DNA of 64,000 bases, taken from Raillietiella orientalis. Taxonomy: Eukaryota. Positions within the stretch are counted from its first letter, which is position 1, and every line of letters begins with the position of its first letter. The notes beneath the pieces were generated by a model, which saw only the letters and a program-made list of their open reading frames with translations, had not been told where the DNA came from and searched no databases. This document shows, one piece after another, positions 1-15,200 of this stretch. The DNA is taken from contig JAYWIR010000038.1 of NCBI GenBank assembly GCA_036172245.1, positions 930,001 through 994,000 of the forward strand. Reading direction: 5' to 3'. Made by a program: the position numbers and the translations under genes.

Positions 1-490
1 GACTCCTTCTTCTCTCTTCCATACCTTCCCGTCTACTTCGGATCCCTATTAACACTCCATCAGGGAAACATCCCCCTCTCTTCTTGATTGTTGCTTGGAT
101 CACCTCGACCGGCCCGACGTTGTTCGGGAATCCCTGGATAAGGGAGGTTGCGAAGTGGCGGGAAGGTCCACGTCTCGACGGACGGCGGCCACCGTGGAGA
201 AATCCTCCGATGACCACGAGGAGGCTCCGAGTACCAAGGGCGGAAGACAGCAATGGCTGACTGACTCCTTTCTCACCCCCTGCTCGATAGGGACGGGCAA
301 CCTTCTCCCGATCCGAAGTACGCGAAAGGGGACGTGCTGCCGCCGCCATCGCTCCCACCGGATGCGCCAGAGCATCTTCCTCCCCGCTTCCATTTCTCCC
401 CTCCTCCTCTTCCCCTTTTCCGGCGGCGAGAGTTGCGGACGGCGCCGGTGGGTTTCCGGAGTTCTGCGACAGGAGGGAAACGAAGGCAGA

Positions 491-514
491 GGAGGAGGAG
501 GAGGAGGAGGAGGA
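491..514 (+). repeat. (GGA)8 microsatellite
   Basis: Read directly from the sequence. Confidence 0.9.
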
Positions 515-3500
515 AGAAAAAACACCGAAAAGAAGAAATGGCCAGGACAGGAAGGAGCAGGAACGGGACGCGGAAACCGCAGCTAGAGGGAACGAACGGG
601 AGCACCCCACTGCGCGTGCGCGCTTGGAGGTTCGGCGTCTCCTCGCCCGCCCGCCATTGTCACGGCGCGCACTCGAATCCCGGCTCAAGCCTATCCCTTG
701 TTGCCACCATCACCCCATTGTTCGCGAACAATCCCTAGGCCTGATCCGAGAACGGTTCCCGGTGTTAACAAGGCGCACTCCTGGATGCGCCTATCACGTC
801 CCGGTTTCCTCTTTTTTCATCCAATCAATGGAAGATGAATAAAAAAAAGGAGAAAAAAAAAAAAAGGAAAGGAGGGGGGGGGGAGGACGCACGCACGCAC
901 GCACGCTCGAGCGGGAGGGATCCCACCCAGGCATCGATAAAAAGAAGAAAGCGGGGAGGGGGAGAAGGAAAAGAAGAAAAAAACTCCGGGATGCGGAACA
1001 CGCGGTTTGGACGCAAACAATAGGCTCTTCCCGGACAATGGACGATCCCGGAGCCAATGATAGTACTCAGCGGCGTCTTGCGCGTGCCTACTGGGAGGAA
1101 AAAAGGGAAAGAAAAAAAAAACCCTGCAGGGAAAAACACGGCAACGAGGATAAAAGGAGCTGGTTGGCACGGGCGAAGGAGGAAACCATGAATGGCGGCG
1201 GAAGGACGAATGGGAAAAAAGGAAAGGGGGAATCCCCCCATTTATCTCGGGGTGCGCCCCGCGTTAATTTGGCCAACATACAAAATTAGGCGGCTTGCAA
1301 ATCGCGCGCGATTCGGGCCGTTCGTCCTCCGGGAAGCTGCCTGATCCAGCTGCTGACAAAGTTTTATTTATTGCCAGGAATCCATAAAGGCCGGCGGCAG
1401 CTTCTGCTCTCCCTACTCTCCCGACGGAACAAAACTCTCTCCGTGCCACAAAAAGGAAGGAGAAGAAAAGAATTGGGGCAACCGGGATGAAAAGCGAAGC
1501 TGCCGAAAGTGCGCGCGCGTAGCCGGCCCAGCCAACCAGCCAAGTCCGCTGGTTCCGCTGGTTAACGGTTTCCGCCGCCCCCCTCCCCCTCTCCCTGCCG
1601 TTGTTTTCCCCGTTCCTGCCGACCTCTCGGAAGGTTCGGGAGGATGGACGCCGCCTCGCCCTGAAACGGAGGAGGCGGGAGGGCGGGCGCGGGTTCCTCG
1701 GCCTCGCCAAGTTTTAACGCTCCCCGTCCTTCGAAACCGCACCGATCACACACACCAGATGTTAACTCTTTCCGCTCCTTTCTTCTTCGGTTTTCCCTTT
1801 CACCTCGCTTCCCGACCTGCCATATATCACGGGAAGGTCAGTCGAGTCTGCGGGATGCGCGCCGAAGCGAAGGAAGAGAGGAAACGAAAAGGAAAAGAAG
1901 GAAAAAAAAAAAAAAGAGGAGGAGAAGGCGAGGGAGAGAAAGGGTAGAGCCGCACGTTGCATCCAGAAGACGGGAAAAGCCACCGCGCCCCTGGGTGTCT
2001 CGCATGAGTTATCGGATCGAGGGAAGAGAGAGAGAAACAGGACGCCGACCGGGAAGCGCGCGTCAGGCATCCGCCCCCGACGGAGCTACGGAGAAAGACC
2101 TTGAGGATCCTTCGGGCTGCTGTGGAACGAAGAAGGAAGGGGTTCGAGGGCTGGGAGCGGTGTGCTGCCGCTGCTGCTGCAGTCGACGGCACAACTCTTC
2201 GCGCGTGTCCGGCTTGCGAAGCCAAGTGTGGGTGGGTAGCGGAGGGGATCGTCACTTGGCGAGAAACACCCTCTCATTCGTCCCCCTTTCCACGTCCATC
2301 TCACGAGAAAGAAGAAGGAAAAAAAGAAGTGGGAAGGGGAGAGGGGGGACGCTCACGATCCCGCTAACGGCCGAAAAAGCAAAGGGTCCACCTCGGACGC
2401 GATCAACAGCCATCTGGACAACGGTCTCCTGGCTCCCGAGAGGTGATCCAGGCGAGGCAGCCTCCCGCTTGCGTTTACTGGTCTTCCCCTCCGCCTCCGG
2501 ATAGGCACGTCCCTTCCCGAAGCCACCACCAAACCGCGTGCGCCTTCCGCACATGGAATGCGGCCGCTTTTTTTCCACGCAGGAGAACGCGAGCGGAGAA
2601 GGGACTGACTGAGGGTTCCTGGATCGATTCTGGTTTTCCTTCGTCCTCCCTGCCGTTTTCCTTTGCAAATAGAGGGGAGACGCGACGTCGATGGCGTAGC
2701 AGACCGTGGATTTTTCCACAAATCATTTTGTTTGACCTTTATCCGGAGGCGCAGCCTGCAAGCAAAGCGAAGAGCTGTTATGGGAAGAGAGATGCTGCCG
2801 CTGTTATGGGTGTCCTTGCTGCATCGTCCCCTGAAATCCGTGCGGCTCTGGTCGATGGTGGGCATCAGTTCTCTTCGTCCCGCAAAAGCCATTACCTATA
2901 AACGCGACCGGGACTGATGATGAGCTCCGGCGGCGTCGGCAGCTCACTGCGACACGAAACGCGCGCGTTCGGGAGGACAGCGTTGAACCACACTGAGGAC
3001 TGCACCCAACGACGGGATGGTCCGAAGGAAAAACAGCTCGCAACGCGGGTGAAACGGGGAAGTAGGAAAACTTTTGAGAGATGAAGGGGAGGGGTGGGAG
3101 GTTGGCATGTGCTCAAACGGCGCGCGGTCAACCGGCTGGAGAGATCACTAGATGGATCTGTGTGTGGCATCAAGAATGGCGACCCTCCGGATCCGCGGCA
3201 GTCTCACACGGATGCAAAGAAGAGTGCACGCTTCCATGCGAACAATAAAGACACACAACGCGCAAACTGGACACACGGAGGAAAACCGAAGGGAGAGAAG
3301 GGGAATCTACGAGGAGGAGCGCAAGACAGACACGTTGCTCAGCATTTTCCCCTGTGCGCCAGCGTGTGGAAGCTCAAATGAGAAGCACCCATCGCAGCAC
3401 AAGAAACCTGAAAGTTCCTCTGAAGAACCAGTCCTCACTGGGAGGCAAGAAGAACTCTACTGCTTACAACCCTGGTTACAGGGTAACCACCACTGCTTTG

Positions 3501-6500
3501 CCGGCCCTCCTACACAACACAGTGGTAGAGAATGCGAAAATTCTGACACTTGGGATGCCTGCATGGCTTCCACGACACTGTTGTAAGTGCCCAAAGCAAA
3601 GGATCAAGAAAACAAGAAGAAGAAATCTGCAGAGCAGACCTAGCATCAATTGAGGATATCCCCGTTGTATTCAGTGGTAAAGGAAGCGCCTGTTTCATCC
3701 ATGGCATGGCTAAAAAAGCATCCTCAAATAGAAATTTGAGTATAAGAACGTTTCTAAACTTGGTTTTGCCCGAATTTTGCCATGCAGAGGCAGAGAGAGT
3801 AGAAGCAATTTTTCACGGAAGTTTTGCACGATGCGTTTGGTGCAGAAGATACGCTGTGCTCAATGCATGGGACTCTCATCTTACTGAGAGACCCACAAAG
3901 CGGGAAAAAAGCATCGAAACTCCGAGAGTGACAACGTTCTCATCGACAAAAACATCTCCAAGACGAAACCCTTCTGCCAAGGGTGTGGTCTTGGAAACGT
4001 TGTTTTTGGCAGGAGCAACAAATGGAGGATGGGGAGCTTTTTCGAGAAGTCAAAAAATCGACCAATTAAATGACAAAAGGGAAACAGGAAAGTGATAGTA
4101 ATAGGAAAATGCGAGAACAAATACGCTTGCATTTTTTTTGTTTTTTTTCCTGGCTGCTAAGAAATCAGTTTTTTGTTGTTGTTGTAGTCGTTGTGTGCAT
4201 CGAGATTATCAACATTAGCAGAACAGTATTTAACCCGAAAGTTCGAAACTAACACATGACTTCGCAAAGAAGCAAAGGAGCAAACGTCGACTGCTGCGAA
4301 AGATTCGAAGGATAAAAAAAAAAAAGCTTCCAAAGCAGCTTGCAGCTTTGGACAAACAAGGTTCACTCCACAATGAAAGAACACGCAAAAGTCGATTCTG
4401 TGCTCAAACTAGGTATCTCCACTTCTCGGTTGACGAAACCGAAAGAGCAGATGGAACTGTCCGAGCAAGCAGCACGCTCATCTGAAATGCGACAAAGAGT
4501 TTCAGGAAACAGAGCTCACAAATCTTACAAATGACCGTCATGTGAATAACATAGGAAACCGCCCAGTGGTTCATCCAAGACCGCGAGATTTCAGAACATT
4601 CACTTTGGTGAGTCGTAAGAACAAGTTTTTCGAGTTGGTGGCAACAAGCGATCACGCATTCTGAGCCTCCCGTGTGCTGACGAAAAGCAGAATTTTCAAA
4701 AGAACCGGTAGGATGTCCAAGATCAAGTAGGATGCGGGCAGCTCTTTTCACTGTGAAGAGACTAAACAAGCAGCCGGCAACGCACGAATGGCGTGTGATT
4801 CGAGGACTTCCCCCTGGGTGTTGTTCCAGTTCTCGTGGACACACATAGGAGCAACAGGAGAGCAAAACGCACCGGAAATATCGTTGCGGGGTTACTAAGG
4901 AAAAGCTTGGGAAATCCTCCAGGAGATAGGTGCGAAGGAATTGTGAAGACTAGAGCAAGTCCCTAGGAAGTCGAAACTCTGATCGAAACGCGGATGATAT
5001 CGATGAGTCATCAGTTTGATACAGAAATGCCCCCGCAGAGCGGAGCCGCTAAAATCTCCAGGAACAGGGCAGCAGTATGCGCACTCGGGATTTTCCCCGC
5101 TTGTGTTCTCTCTGAACATACCATCAGTTCAAAGGTCCTCCTTTCTTGACTAGAAGCTTCGTAGGGTGACGGAAGATGATGCCAACAGCCTTCACGTGCA
5201 TGGATCTTAGCAAAACAGATGGCGTCGGTCGGTCAAGGGTCGCCGCAGTCAATCAGACTTCCCGAAACGACGGCGGTCTTGCCACTGAAAAAAGTGTTCG
5301 CGTGAGTCGTGTGACACTAGAGATGAGTCTACCGAGCAACCAAGATGCGTCGGATCGAGAGCAGTTTCGTGCGATGCGCGCTCTGCTCTTTCTGTAGAAA
5401 AGCGATCACAAGACATGCAGCGTGGGAGAGGGAAAGGGAGGAAGGAGAAGGGAGTTTCTAATAAGCAACAACAGCATGCACGTCCTTCCTTGGCTGCTTC
5501 CCTGATCTGTTCGCTACTCACTTCTCCCCCTCCAGAAGCAACTTTCTTTCCGCTATTGTCAGCCCAGTGCCAGAGGACACCCCGCTGCTCCCTCGCTCGG
5601 CACTCAATATAACGAACGACCTCAGAGGTACTCCGCAGTGCTGAGTTGACTAGCCCCTTCAGAAAAAATAGTAGAAGAATGTAATTCGTAAGTAAAGCCT
5701 GTGCAGACGCCTGCCGACGAGAGAAACAGGAGAAAGCCATATAAACTAGAAAGCAGTCGTTTGTTTTCGTGTCTTCTGGCAAGCTGTAGTAGAACTGCCG
5801 CTCCGCTGCTGAAGCAGTAGCAGTTTCTCTGTCGCATCTCTGCCCAGCCATAACCACGATGAGCTGTTCCGCAACCAGCCCGCTACCATGCAAACTAGCA
5901 TGATCGGCAGAAGGAAGTACTCGGATTGAAGTCCGCAGTCATGGTGATTGCAGCCTCAGGTCGAGCACGCTTCCGCAGCACCCATCATCGCGCAGGAAGG
6001 AAAGTGTGCTGATCATCAACGTTTTTTCTTCTTCTCTCTCTCTCTCTCTCTCGCTCTTTGCAGTCGCCACCGTCACATCACTTCCGGCTTTCGCCGTTCT
6101 CGCGTTCTCTCAGCCGCAGCGCGCAGACTCCCGCCGTGCCATCCAAGACGCGCTCTCCAATGCAAGCGAGTGAGCGACGGCGGCGGCATTGCTCCCTCCT
6201 CCTCTGCAGCGGGAGTTCCGGCGGCCAGCCGCCTCCGACGGGTAACGCCTCTCTGTGGAATTGGGACGGCGGATCCGATCTTCCCAATCGATATTTCTCT
6301 CTCTCACCAGGAACAGAAAGTTCCCTACAGGATTCCATTCGCTTCCTGCGTTCGGAAGGCAGTCAAATGAGCGTCGCGAGTATCTCACGGGAGGAGGGGA
6401 TGCGGTAAACCCGTCCGGGAGAGTGGGAAAGGGATCGAAAGGAAAGGGAGAAGGGAGGCAGTGAAGGGAAAGAGGAAGAAACTAGCGAAAAGCATTCAGG

Positions 6501-9500
6501 AAAGCAAAGCAAAGAGGTTCAGAGCAACGCCCTGAGGTATGGAATTTACAAGTGGGCGCACGCACAAAAGACCTTCCCAGGACCGGTGCCAGGAAAGTTC
6601 GGCAGCTGCTGCTGTCTGTATCGAGGAATAAGGCACCACCTTCGACCAGCCTACGAATCTGTCTCCTGACCCTTCTCGCTCTATTTCTCCCTCAGCTCCG
6701 ACCGGGAGCAGAGAGGCAAGCTGCTTACGCCGACAGGTCCGTCGTGAAGAATGTAAAAGTAGCAACACACACCCTTGGACAACACCACAAGCAAATAGGA
6801 GCCTCTCTTATCCTTCCATCTTTTTCACTTCTTACGCTTTACTGTGAATCCCGACAGAACTGAAGGCTGAAGAAGCAGAGACCCTACGCTCGGAACAATC
6901 GTGCGTGCATTCTCCCAACAACCTTCGTGAGCAAGAACTCTTCGCTTACAAAAGAGGATCTTGGACAAGAAGACTCCTGCCATCTGAAAAGGGGAGTTTT
7001 TTCTCATTCCCTAATAGAACATCGCTGCATTTCCAGGACGTCTTCTCGGAATGGCCATCAGCATGAGAAGAGAAGGGGATGAGGAAGGAGAGTCTTTAAC
7101 CGCGAATTCCAGTCGGGCAAACTGTTTCCTTCAGAGGGGCATCGTACGCAGAGGAAGCAGCCTCCAGAAGAGTGGTGACAGCGAGGAAGGCGAACGGACG
7201 GATGGTCTTCTTCGAAGGAGCTTCGCCTCGCTCTTCGACGGTACAGCCGTGGCTCGCGGTCGGATTGCCTATCGCCAACCCCTACAGCCCGGCACGAGAG
7301 AGGGTACGAAAAATGAATCTCCAGAAGTTGAAGCGGCGGCATTCCCGAAGTGGTCAGACTTCATCCGTCCGATTCAGGGTTGATGCGGGATGCGGAGCAC
7401 CACCGAATCAAAGTTCCTAAGGGATCCTTTTCAACCCAAAGAAGCAGAAGAGAGAGCTCAGGTCCGCGAGCGAGCGGAGTCCGTGTCTGCGTTCCCAAAC
7501 AGACGGGTCTTCCTCGCTGCTCTAGCGCATACGGGCTCCTCCCTTCCGTTCGCAGCCAAGGGTGGTTAGTGGATGGGGAGGGGAGCCCATACACATCGAT
7601 GGGCGGTCTCCGATCGGAAACTCGTAAAACCCCGCCCGCTCCAAAAAAGAACACGTGAGCAGCGACAAAGACCGTCCGTCTTCTGAGGAAGGAGCCAGAT
7701 GTGGGCCTCTTTTGCACCCATCCACCCCACACACAGGGATCCGTGAAGGGGTTGGTTAAACGAGTTACACCTGCGAGCTAGAGAGGCGAAGGAAGAACGG
7801 GACCCTATCCTCAGAATTTAGGCAGGTCTCCAGGTAGGGCGATGGTCATCTGCTTTCGAGCTTCCAAGAAGGAAGGGATAAGGAAAGAAGAATACATCCC
7901 TGTTGTTTTCGAGAGTCTGCAGGGGGAGCACTTCCGGAGCATTGGAGGGAGAAGGGGAAGCGTTGCATGGGTACCGGTCTCTATGTAAAAGTAGTACGGT
8001 GTTCACGAACGCGTGTACGAGTGCGAGTTAAGAGCAGAGCTCACGCCCCTCAGCACAGTCCGTGGAAATCTACATGATGAGCCATTTAAAACCTGCCCTC
8101 TTCCCGTCTGGCTTTGTGGATAAACGTAGAGAGGCTAGAAGCGGGACCATTTCAAGTAGCCTGCCCTGAATCTGTGCCTCGGATCACGGCGCAACACCAG
8201 GTCGCTGCGTTGCGTCCCTGAGCGTGCAGGGAGGAAAGCGTGTAGAAATCATAAGTGATAACTAAACTTCCCGTTTCGTCATCATGAGTACTGTACGGAA
8301 CTGAACCACACACTCGCCGCAGAGATACGGCCGTTTGGTTCCGGAGGCCGTGTCCGGCGTCGAAGGGTCAGCAAGGGGGTTACACACGCGCGAGCCTGCC
8401 GAGTTCCACGCTTGCTGCTCGACTCACAAGCTCAAAGTCAGAAGAAGAGCAGCAATACATTCGGGAGTGTGCTGTGAAACAACAACAAGGACAACGGGAA
8501 GCGGTTGTGTTCGTACCTTCGAGGGAGATTCATTGCTAGATCCGCATTTTCCCATCCAGTTCACAGAAACATCCTCGTTAACGTAAGGCTTCACTGATTA
8601 TAGGGGAGCATGGATAGGATCTGGAGCAGGGCATGCTCGGAAATGCAATGCACCTGGAAACCGAGGTGAAATATCAGAGGAAACGAAACATCTCGATTCG
8701 AAGGTGCCCAGAGCAGACTGAACCTTCTGATCCATCCCTGAACAAGCAGGAAGGAAATTCTAAATAAATAAGAATGAGGACCTTTCGCTGGTAACAGGAA
8801 TCTGAGATGACTTCTGGCTATTTACACGAACGACAGACTCTCAAGTAGGCACGTAATCGAAAACGTGAACCCACCTCAGGTTTTCTGAGCAACGACTCAT
8901 GATTGCACTTGAGGGGATTTAACTGGGCCTGCCTGGAGAAGCAGGAGCAGATCATTCGGATGCTTTCCGGCATCAAACCCAAATCAATTAACTTTCTAGG
9001 TTTTCCTTCTTCACTTGGGATGAGATGCGGGTTTCTCATGTTTCTCGACTTCCTTCCGCGTTCAGATGAGACGCGAAAGTGGCAAGCCGGAACCGCGGAA
9101 TCAACAAATTCCACCCCTTCGTTCCGAAAGTCTATTTCTTTCTTCCCGAATCACTTCGAACGTCCTCTCCCGCCACCCCACCCTCATTTTCGAAAGTTGT
9201 ATTTGTTCCTTTCCTGCACGAGATCACCAAGATGCTGTCAAGACCTCTGCTCGTATTTCGTAAATTCCTCATCGGCAAAACTTCGGATTCTGTTTGGCTT
9301 GCAGTGTGAAGGACTCGAGGAGAGAAGCGAATGGAAGAGCAAACTGCATCATGAGGAAAGAGAAATTCTTCAAACATTCTTTCTAGCTTCGCGCTCGTGT
9401 TTGCTTCCTTTTTCTTTTTTTTTTTCTTCCCCCGGACGGCCCCGCACAATCGATGGTCGGGTTAGTAAATTCCTGCCTCCAGTGGAAATCTGAACGAAAT

Positions 9501-12137
9501 CATTCAAAAGGAAGCCGAACTTGTCAAAAGTCCTGATCGAAAAAGCTAGCGTGCGATCACTCGCTGTGCATATTCTCTTTCAAAAGACATTGATCACTTT
9601 CTTCCCTGGTCGTTTTCTTCCCATCCCCGTTCCAAAAACGATGAGTATTTATCCGATTTGAGTTCTTTCATTCGTTCGAATTGCAATCAAATGCATTGCG
9701 TTGCATCGTGTACGATCCGCAGCTCTCCAGCTTTGTTCTCTCTCTCTCTCTCTCTCTCTCCTTCTTTGCATCCCCTCCTCTCCTCCCCCCAATTCATTCA
9801 CGTTGCATCAGAAAGCCGCGAATGATCGAATAAGAGGAAGCCAGAAAGGAGCTCCTGATGTGCCTTGGGGGATTTCGAAAATTCTGAAGATGCTTTGCAT
9901 CGCGCCGCTTCCGCTGCTTCCATGCATTCAGTGAAAAATCGCCTTTTGCTCAATGTCCCAGCATCCCCCAGCTTTCTTCCTTGTTCTTCAAGCTGCAACT
10001 CACGCCGAAATGAATTCTCAACTTTTTGCTTGAGCACTTTTTTTTTTCTTTTTTTTTTTTCCTTTTTCCTTTTCCCCTGATCTTGTTGAGGAGGCGGACA
10101 AAGAAACGTATGGTGCCTTTCACGGAATGTTCTTCACCGCGAATTTTTGCTGCGCTTCTCTCTGCTTGTCGAGTGCATCGCTTGCGAACCACAAATGCAC
10201 CGTTCTCAAACTTTCACAACATCCACCATAAATTTCTTACGCATTCACATGCACACGACGCACCTTCACAGCATGCAGGTCACAAACGAGCGATCCATGG
10301 GAGCAAAGGGTTGTACTCACACAAAGACGTATCACCGGTCACGATGCGATCAATGAAAAATGGTCTCCAAGTCCGAACATTCCAGCGTATCTAAGGAGTT
10401 GCTAGCAGCCATCTATATATAGCCTGGGGTATCGACAAATTGCGAACATCTCACCGTGTGCATGCCATTGTTAATAAATAGCTATATATAGCCCGCGCGC
10501 TTCGGAGATCGATAAATTCAGCCACATTTCACTCTCACTTTCTAGCGTTCTTGCTGACTGTATCGACAGGACAAGGATTACGTTCCCTATTTTTGATCCC
10601 AACTCGTCTGCTAGGGGCAAAAGGACGAAAAGAGGAGCTGAAACCGGCGCGCGCGTGGAGAGAGGACGCGTGCCCCCGACGCCGGACTTGAGAGAAAACG
10701 GAAAACACGGGAGAAAGTGGGAGGGGGGGGGGGAGGAAGGCAAGGAAAGAGGAAGACGTGGGGAAACGTGGGAATCGTCCAAGCAGGTCCGTGTCCCCGG
10801 TCAAGCCAGACTCGCCCCGTCCTGGGACGCTCCCGAGAAAGTCCACCTTCCACAGAAGCCTGAGGACGCACGCTGCAGGGCTCCTGCAAGCCCAGGGCCC
10901 CCGCTGCTGACACCGCGCGCGAGATGGGAGGAGGCGCATAGAAAGACGGACGAAGGAATCCACGCCTGCTCCGGAACAACCGAAGTAGACGGGATCCCTA
11001 CGGAGTCCGACAACTTCTGGAACAGGCCGTAGGAAGTCCTCCCGCCGTCTTCCCCCAGAAGGTCCGCGACCCTCTCCTGCTGCCAGCCCACCCGCCAGCC
11101 TCCATCCGCAGGGGGTCTCGGGACAGGCGGCTGGAGTCCTGTTCCCTCGGATAAAGCCCCTGCCTGTGCCACCCTGGGGATTAGCGGATTACGGGGGCTT
11201 CCCTTCCAATCGAGGGAGGGGACCCGCTACCCGATGGAATCTCTCCCAAGGGGTCCTCCGAGGAGGGTCTCTTTCCTAAGGAGGAGGAAACCGCCAGGAT
11301 CGGGGATGTGGCCCCTCGGGAAAGAGGCGGCGCCTTGGTTGTTTCCTTCCCTCTCCCCTCTCCAGAGGAACGCTCGCGTCCCTCGGCCTTTGCGGGAACG
11401 GGCCTGGAGCACCTTCGTCCTGGATCGGTTCCCCAAGCTCGGGGCTCTCAGGACGGCTCCCGCCCCACGGTGGGCGTGCGGCTTCCCCGTCCCAGTCGGG
11501 GACTCCCGATTTTTTTTTCTTTTTTGCCTCTGTCTCTTTTTTCCTTCTTTTTTTGTCGCAAAGGGGAGGGAAGGAAAAAAAGGCGGGGAGAGCAGAAGAG
11601 CGGCGAAACAAAAAACACGCGCTGCGCGAATGCTCGGAACGGTCCGCGCGCGTGCCGGCTGAGGTGGGTCCGAAGAGCGAGCAAGCGCCGCCCCAAAAAA
11701 AAGAGTCCCGGACGCGGAATGCCGGCGCACTTGGCCTCAGGACGTGCGTCCCGGATTTCTCCTTCCTTCCCTGCCACCGCCGGGAGGAGGAAGGGGTGGG
11801 TGGGTGGCAGGGTCGGGTCGCGAGCGGGGGAGCTGGTGGAGGAGGTGCTCGTCCGGATACCAAGCACGCTCTTCCGCTGCAGAAGAACTCATTCGCTTAC
11901 TGCTGCTGCAGGCAGAACGGGGAGGACGGACCGACCTCGGCCCTCTCCCCACCCACCCCTTCGCATTCTCAACGCGCCAACCGAACCGGTGCGCAGAAAA
12001 GGCATGGGGGAGGGGGAGAGAGGGGGGAGAGAAAGAACGTGACGCGCGCGCGCAAAAGATTCCAAGCCCTGCAACCACAGTATGCCCATCCGTCCAGCTC
12101 ATTGTTCGCGTTCGAATTTCCCGATATGAAATCATCT

Positions 12138-12140
<3 letters not shown>

Positions 12141-12220
<80 letters not shown>
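12141..12220 (+). repeat. Compound microsatellite (CT)28(CA)12
   Basis: Read directly from the sequence. Confidence 0.95.
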
Positions 12221-12223
<3 letters not shown>

Positions 12224-15200
12224 CCGAGTCCTTCTTTCCTTCCTCTCTCCCTCCCTCCCTCCCCCCTTTCCCTCCCAATCCCCAGGAATCGAAGAATCGA
12301 AGGGAATCGGTTATGTAATCAGTTCACCCTCACCTGGCTGCAGTCCAAAGAAAAACACAAGGGAACAAGGGAGCCGGGATCGCGACCAGAGCATTAGAAG
12401 GGGAATAAATAAACTCCATTCAAATATGGCGAATGCAATCTTTTCATTTCTATAACTGGGGTCCAGTGAGAAAAACGTAGTCAGGATACTTAGGGGTCAT
12501 TGCGACTCTGCAGAATGGGAAGGAATGGGAAAAGGGTCCCTTTTCAGATCGCAATCGTAATCCTAAAAATCCTTTCATCGCAATTCTTTCTTTTTTTTTC
12601 TTTTCTTTTCTTTTCTTCTTTTTTTTTTTTTTTTCCTTCTCTTCCCCTTCGCTCAGCCTTCTGCCTCTTTCACCAATGAAATCCTCGATCCTCGACTTTT
12701 TTCCTTCCCATGTCCGCACGTGAATCAAACCGTTTCTATCCGAACAGAAGAATGGAGATGTAAAAACGATCTCCCGGTGATGGATGAACCAATGGCGAAT
12801 GAGGAACAGGAAAAGTGTGTGAGAAAGTACGGGACGAAGATTTCTGGATCCCCGATGCAGTGCCCGTGGTGCGAAGCGCACGTTTCACTCGTTGCGCGGG
12901 GCCCCGGGGCCGCAACTGCCCGGGCCCCGGGGCCGGGAAAGATCGCTCTCGCACCGTCTACGATTCGAGATGGTAGGAGGGAGCGAAGCACCGCGAAAGT
13001 CACGGCGAGGAAAAAAGGGATAAAAGACGACGACGACGACGACGACTCGGATACGCGGCGGCGGTCGCATAGCTACTGGATGGACGACGAGGTGCGCCTA
13101 TTTTAGGCACCAACAATACGCGGGCGCTCCAACAATGCTAGGGGAAGCAGGCCTACGCCGTCCCTGGGATCCACCGGCAGGGCATCCTCGGGATCGCACA
13201 GGCAAACAAGTGCACTTCCAGGATGTTTGCAAAGGGGGGACACACGCAGGGTAGTGAATCGCCCCTCCCCCCCCTCCCCTTCCCCCCCGTACACATTGGA
13301 TAAGCAGAACTTCACCGCGTTCTAATAAATGAATAAAATCGTCCACGTCGTGCCGAGTGAAGCCTATTTTCGGAGGCGTAGATGAAGCTCGGAATTTGTT
13401 CAGCCGTCCCCACAGTTTCGCCCATATCGACTGGGGATTTCGTAATGTAGATTTAGAGGGAAAAGGACACTTGTATTAACGTGGAAACTCCTCGAAAGAT
13501 TACGATCCGAAGTTTTGCAACTTATTTTTACCGCCCCGGTTTTCCCCACTGGAAAAGATGGCAACTCTATTTTTTTTTTTTTTATTTTTTTTTTTTTCCA
13601 ACGTGGCAATCTCTTCTGGCCTCTTGGTTCCATTAAAGGATGCACCCATTTTGACAAATGTGTAGAAGAAATACTGTGACAATGGATGAGTGCAATTATA
13701 ATAATCAACGGACAAAGCTACCCGAGCAGCAGGTAATTTGGCTCATTTCTCACAGAGCACGTAATTTCACAAAATGTGAACAGTCGAGCTTTTTCGTTCA
13801 GAGCACTCGCGGGGTTTCATTGCCATCCCAGCCAGAGCGGGAAAAATAATAACAATATTACTAATACTAAGAAGATGCACATTTTATAATCCGGGAGCTT
13901 CACTTTCGGAGAGTGGCTGCGAGATGTAAAAATCGGTGTACGAATCTGGAGGTGCGTACGCAGGCATTCACTGAACCAGGTTTCTCCACTGCGGTCCATC
14001 GCGCAGCTTCTCCGCCTTCATCGAAGGATTGAAACGCAAAAACGAGCTCATCAGACAACGTTCTGATCCACTGCTTCGCCTGTTTTCAGGACCGCACGTT
14101 AGGGAATGTACAGAACACAAACGAAAAAAGAAGGAAAAAAAGCAGTATCTTTCACAAGTGGGATATAATAATGGATTCAAAATGGCGGTCGGCAGAAAGC
14201 ACGTTTGCATTTACGGAGCGCGAATTCTATCGCTAAATTTTCGCAGCACGAGCAGCGATGGCTTAACATACAGATCATCAATCTGATCATTAATTTAGTC
14301 CTCACACTTCCTGTCCTTTCTTTGTTTTTTTTCGTTGTTGTTTTTTTTTTTTCTGTTCCCCCCCCCCTTCCCCTCCTCGTTTTTTTTCTTTTTTTTTTTT
14401 TTTTAGGGGATTTCCTCGAAGTCCCAAAGCCGAATAGTACTCCCGTGTATGATAAGTGAACTCATGATTGGAAGGGGGAAAAAACCATCTTTGTTCGAAA
14501 AGAATAAGTAGGAGTGAGAAGGTTAGAAGCCTGCCTAGCTTTTGCTAGGATATTCGGTTGCAAGCCATTCGCGTGCGATTCGACAAAAGAGAGTGAAAAT
14601 TCAAAGGAGGCAAAAAAAAAAAAAATGAAAATAATTCGTTCCCCCAGAAAACCTCACGACCAATAACGGGAGCTGTGTCCTGTTTCCTTTTTTTTCCTTT
14701 TTTTTTTTCCCTTTCACGATCCGCTCCATATAAAAACCAGGATCATTTTTTTTTTTTTTTTTTTATGCTACTAAAGAATCACTCCCCCTTCCACGAACCC
14801 TACGCAGGACACGCGACAGCAAATAGCATTGCAGCCATCTGTAGAAGGAAGGGAATGATTAAAAAAAAAAAAAAAAAAAAGTTTGATAAGCCTTCTTTAA
14901 ACATGTCAGCCGTTACAATAGGGTTATTTGGGAAGATTACACGGCTGTTATTCATGACATTCTTCATACGTAAAAAAATGGAATCCAAGCACTCAACATG
15001 TCAACCCACGATATAACAATTTGGGCAGCATTTTTGTCAAGAAGGATCGTGAAAGGAACGAGGACACACAGGCGGGAAGTGGGAGCCCCGGGTCAGAAAT
15101 GCAGTGACCGCGCTGCCGTTTGCTTTCATTCCTATTTATTTATTTATTTTTCGTACGTGAGGAACGGATAGTGCGGCACGTCGGAAAGGAAGGAAGCGCG

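Noticed and set aside
3440..3485. STAYNP peptide resembling an integrase motif, with weak similarity to 44255-44280
   Set aside because: Too short, with no flanking DDE context, so it may be chance.
12720..13260. Coding-like stretches near 12.7-13.3 kb (also 2.7-2.9 kb and 5.3-5.7 kb)
   Set aside because: Splice-like sites exist, but I could not build a consistent exon chain or recognise any protein.
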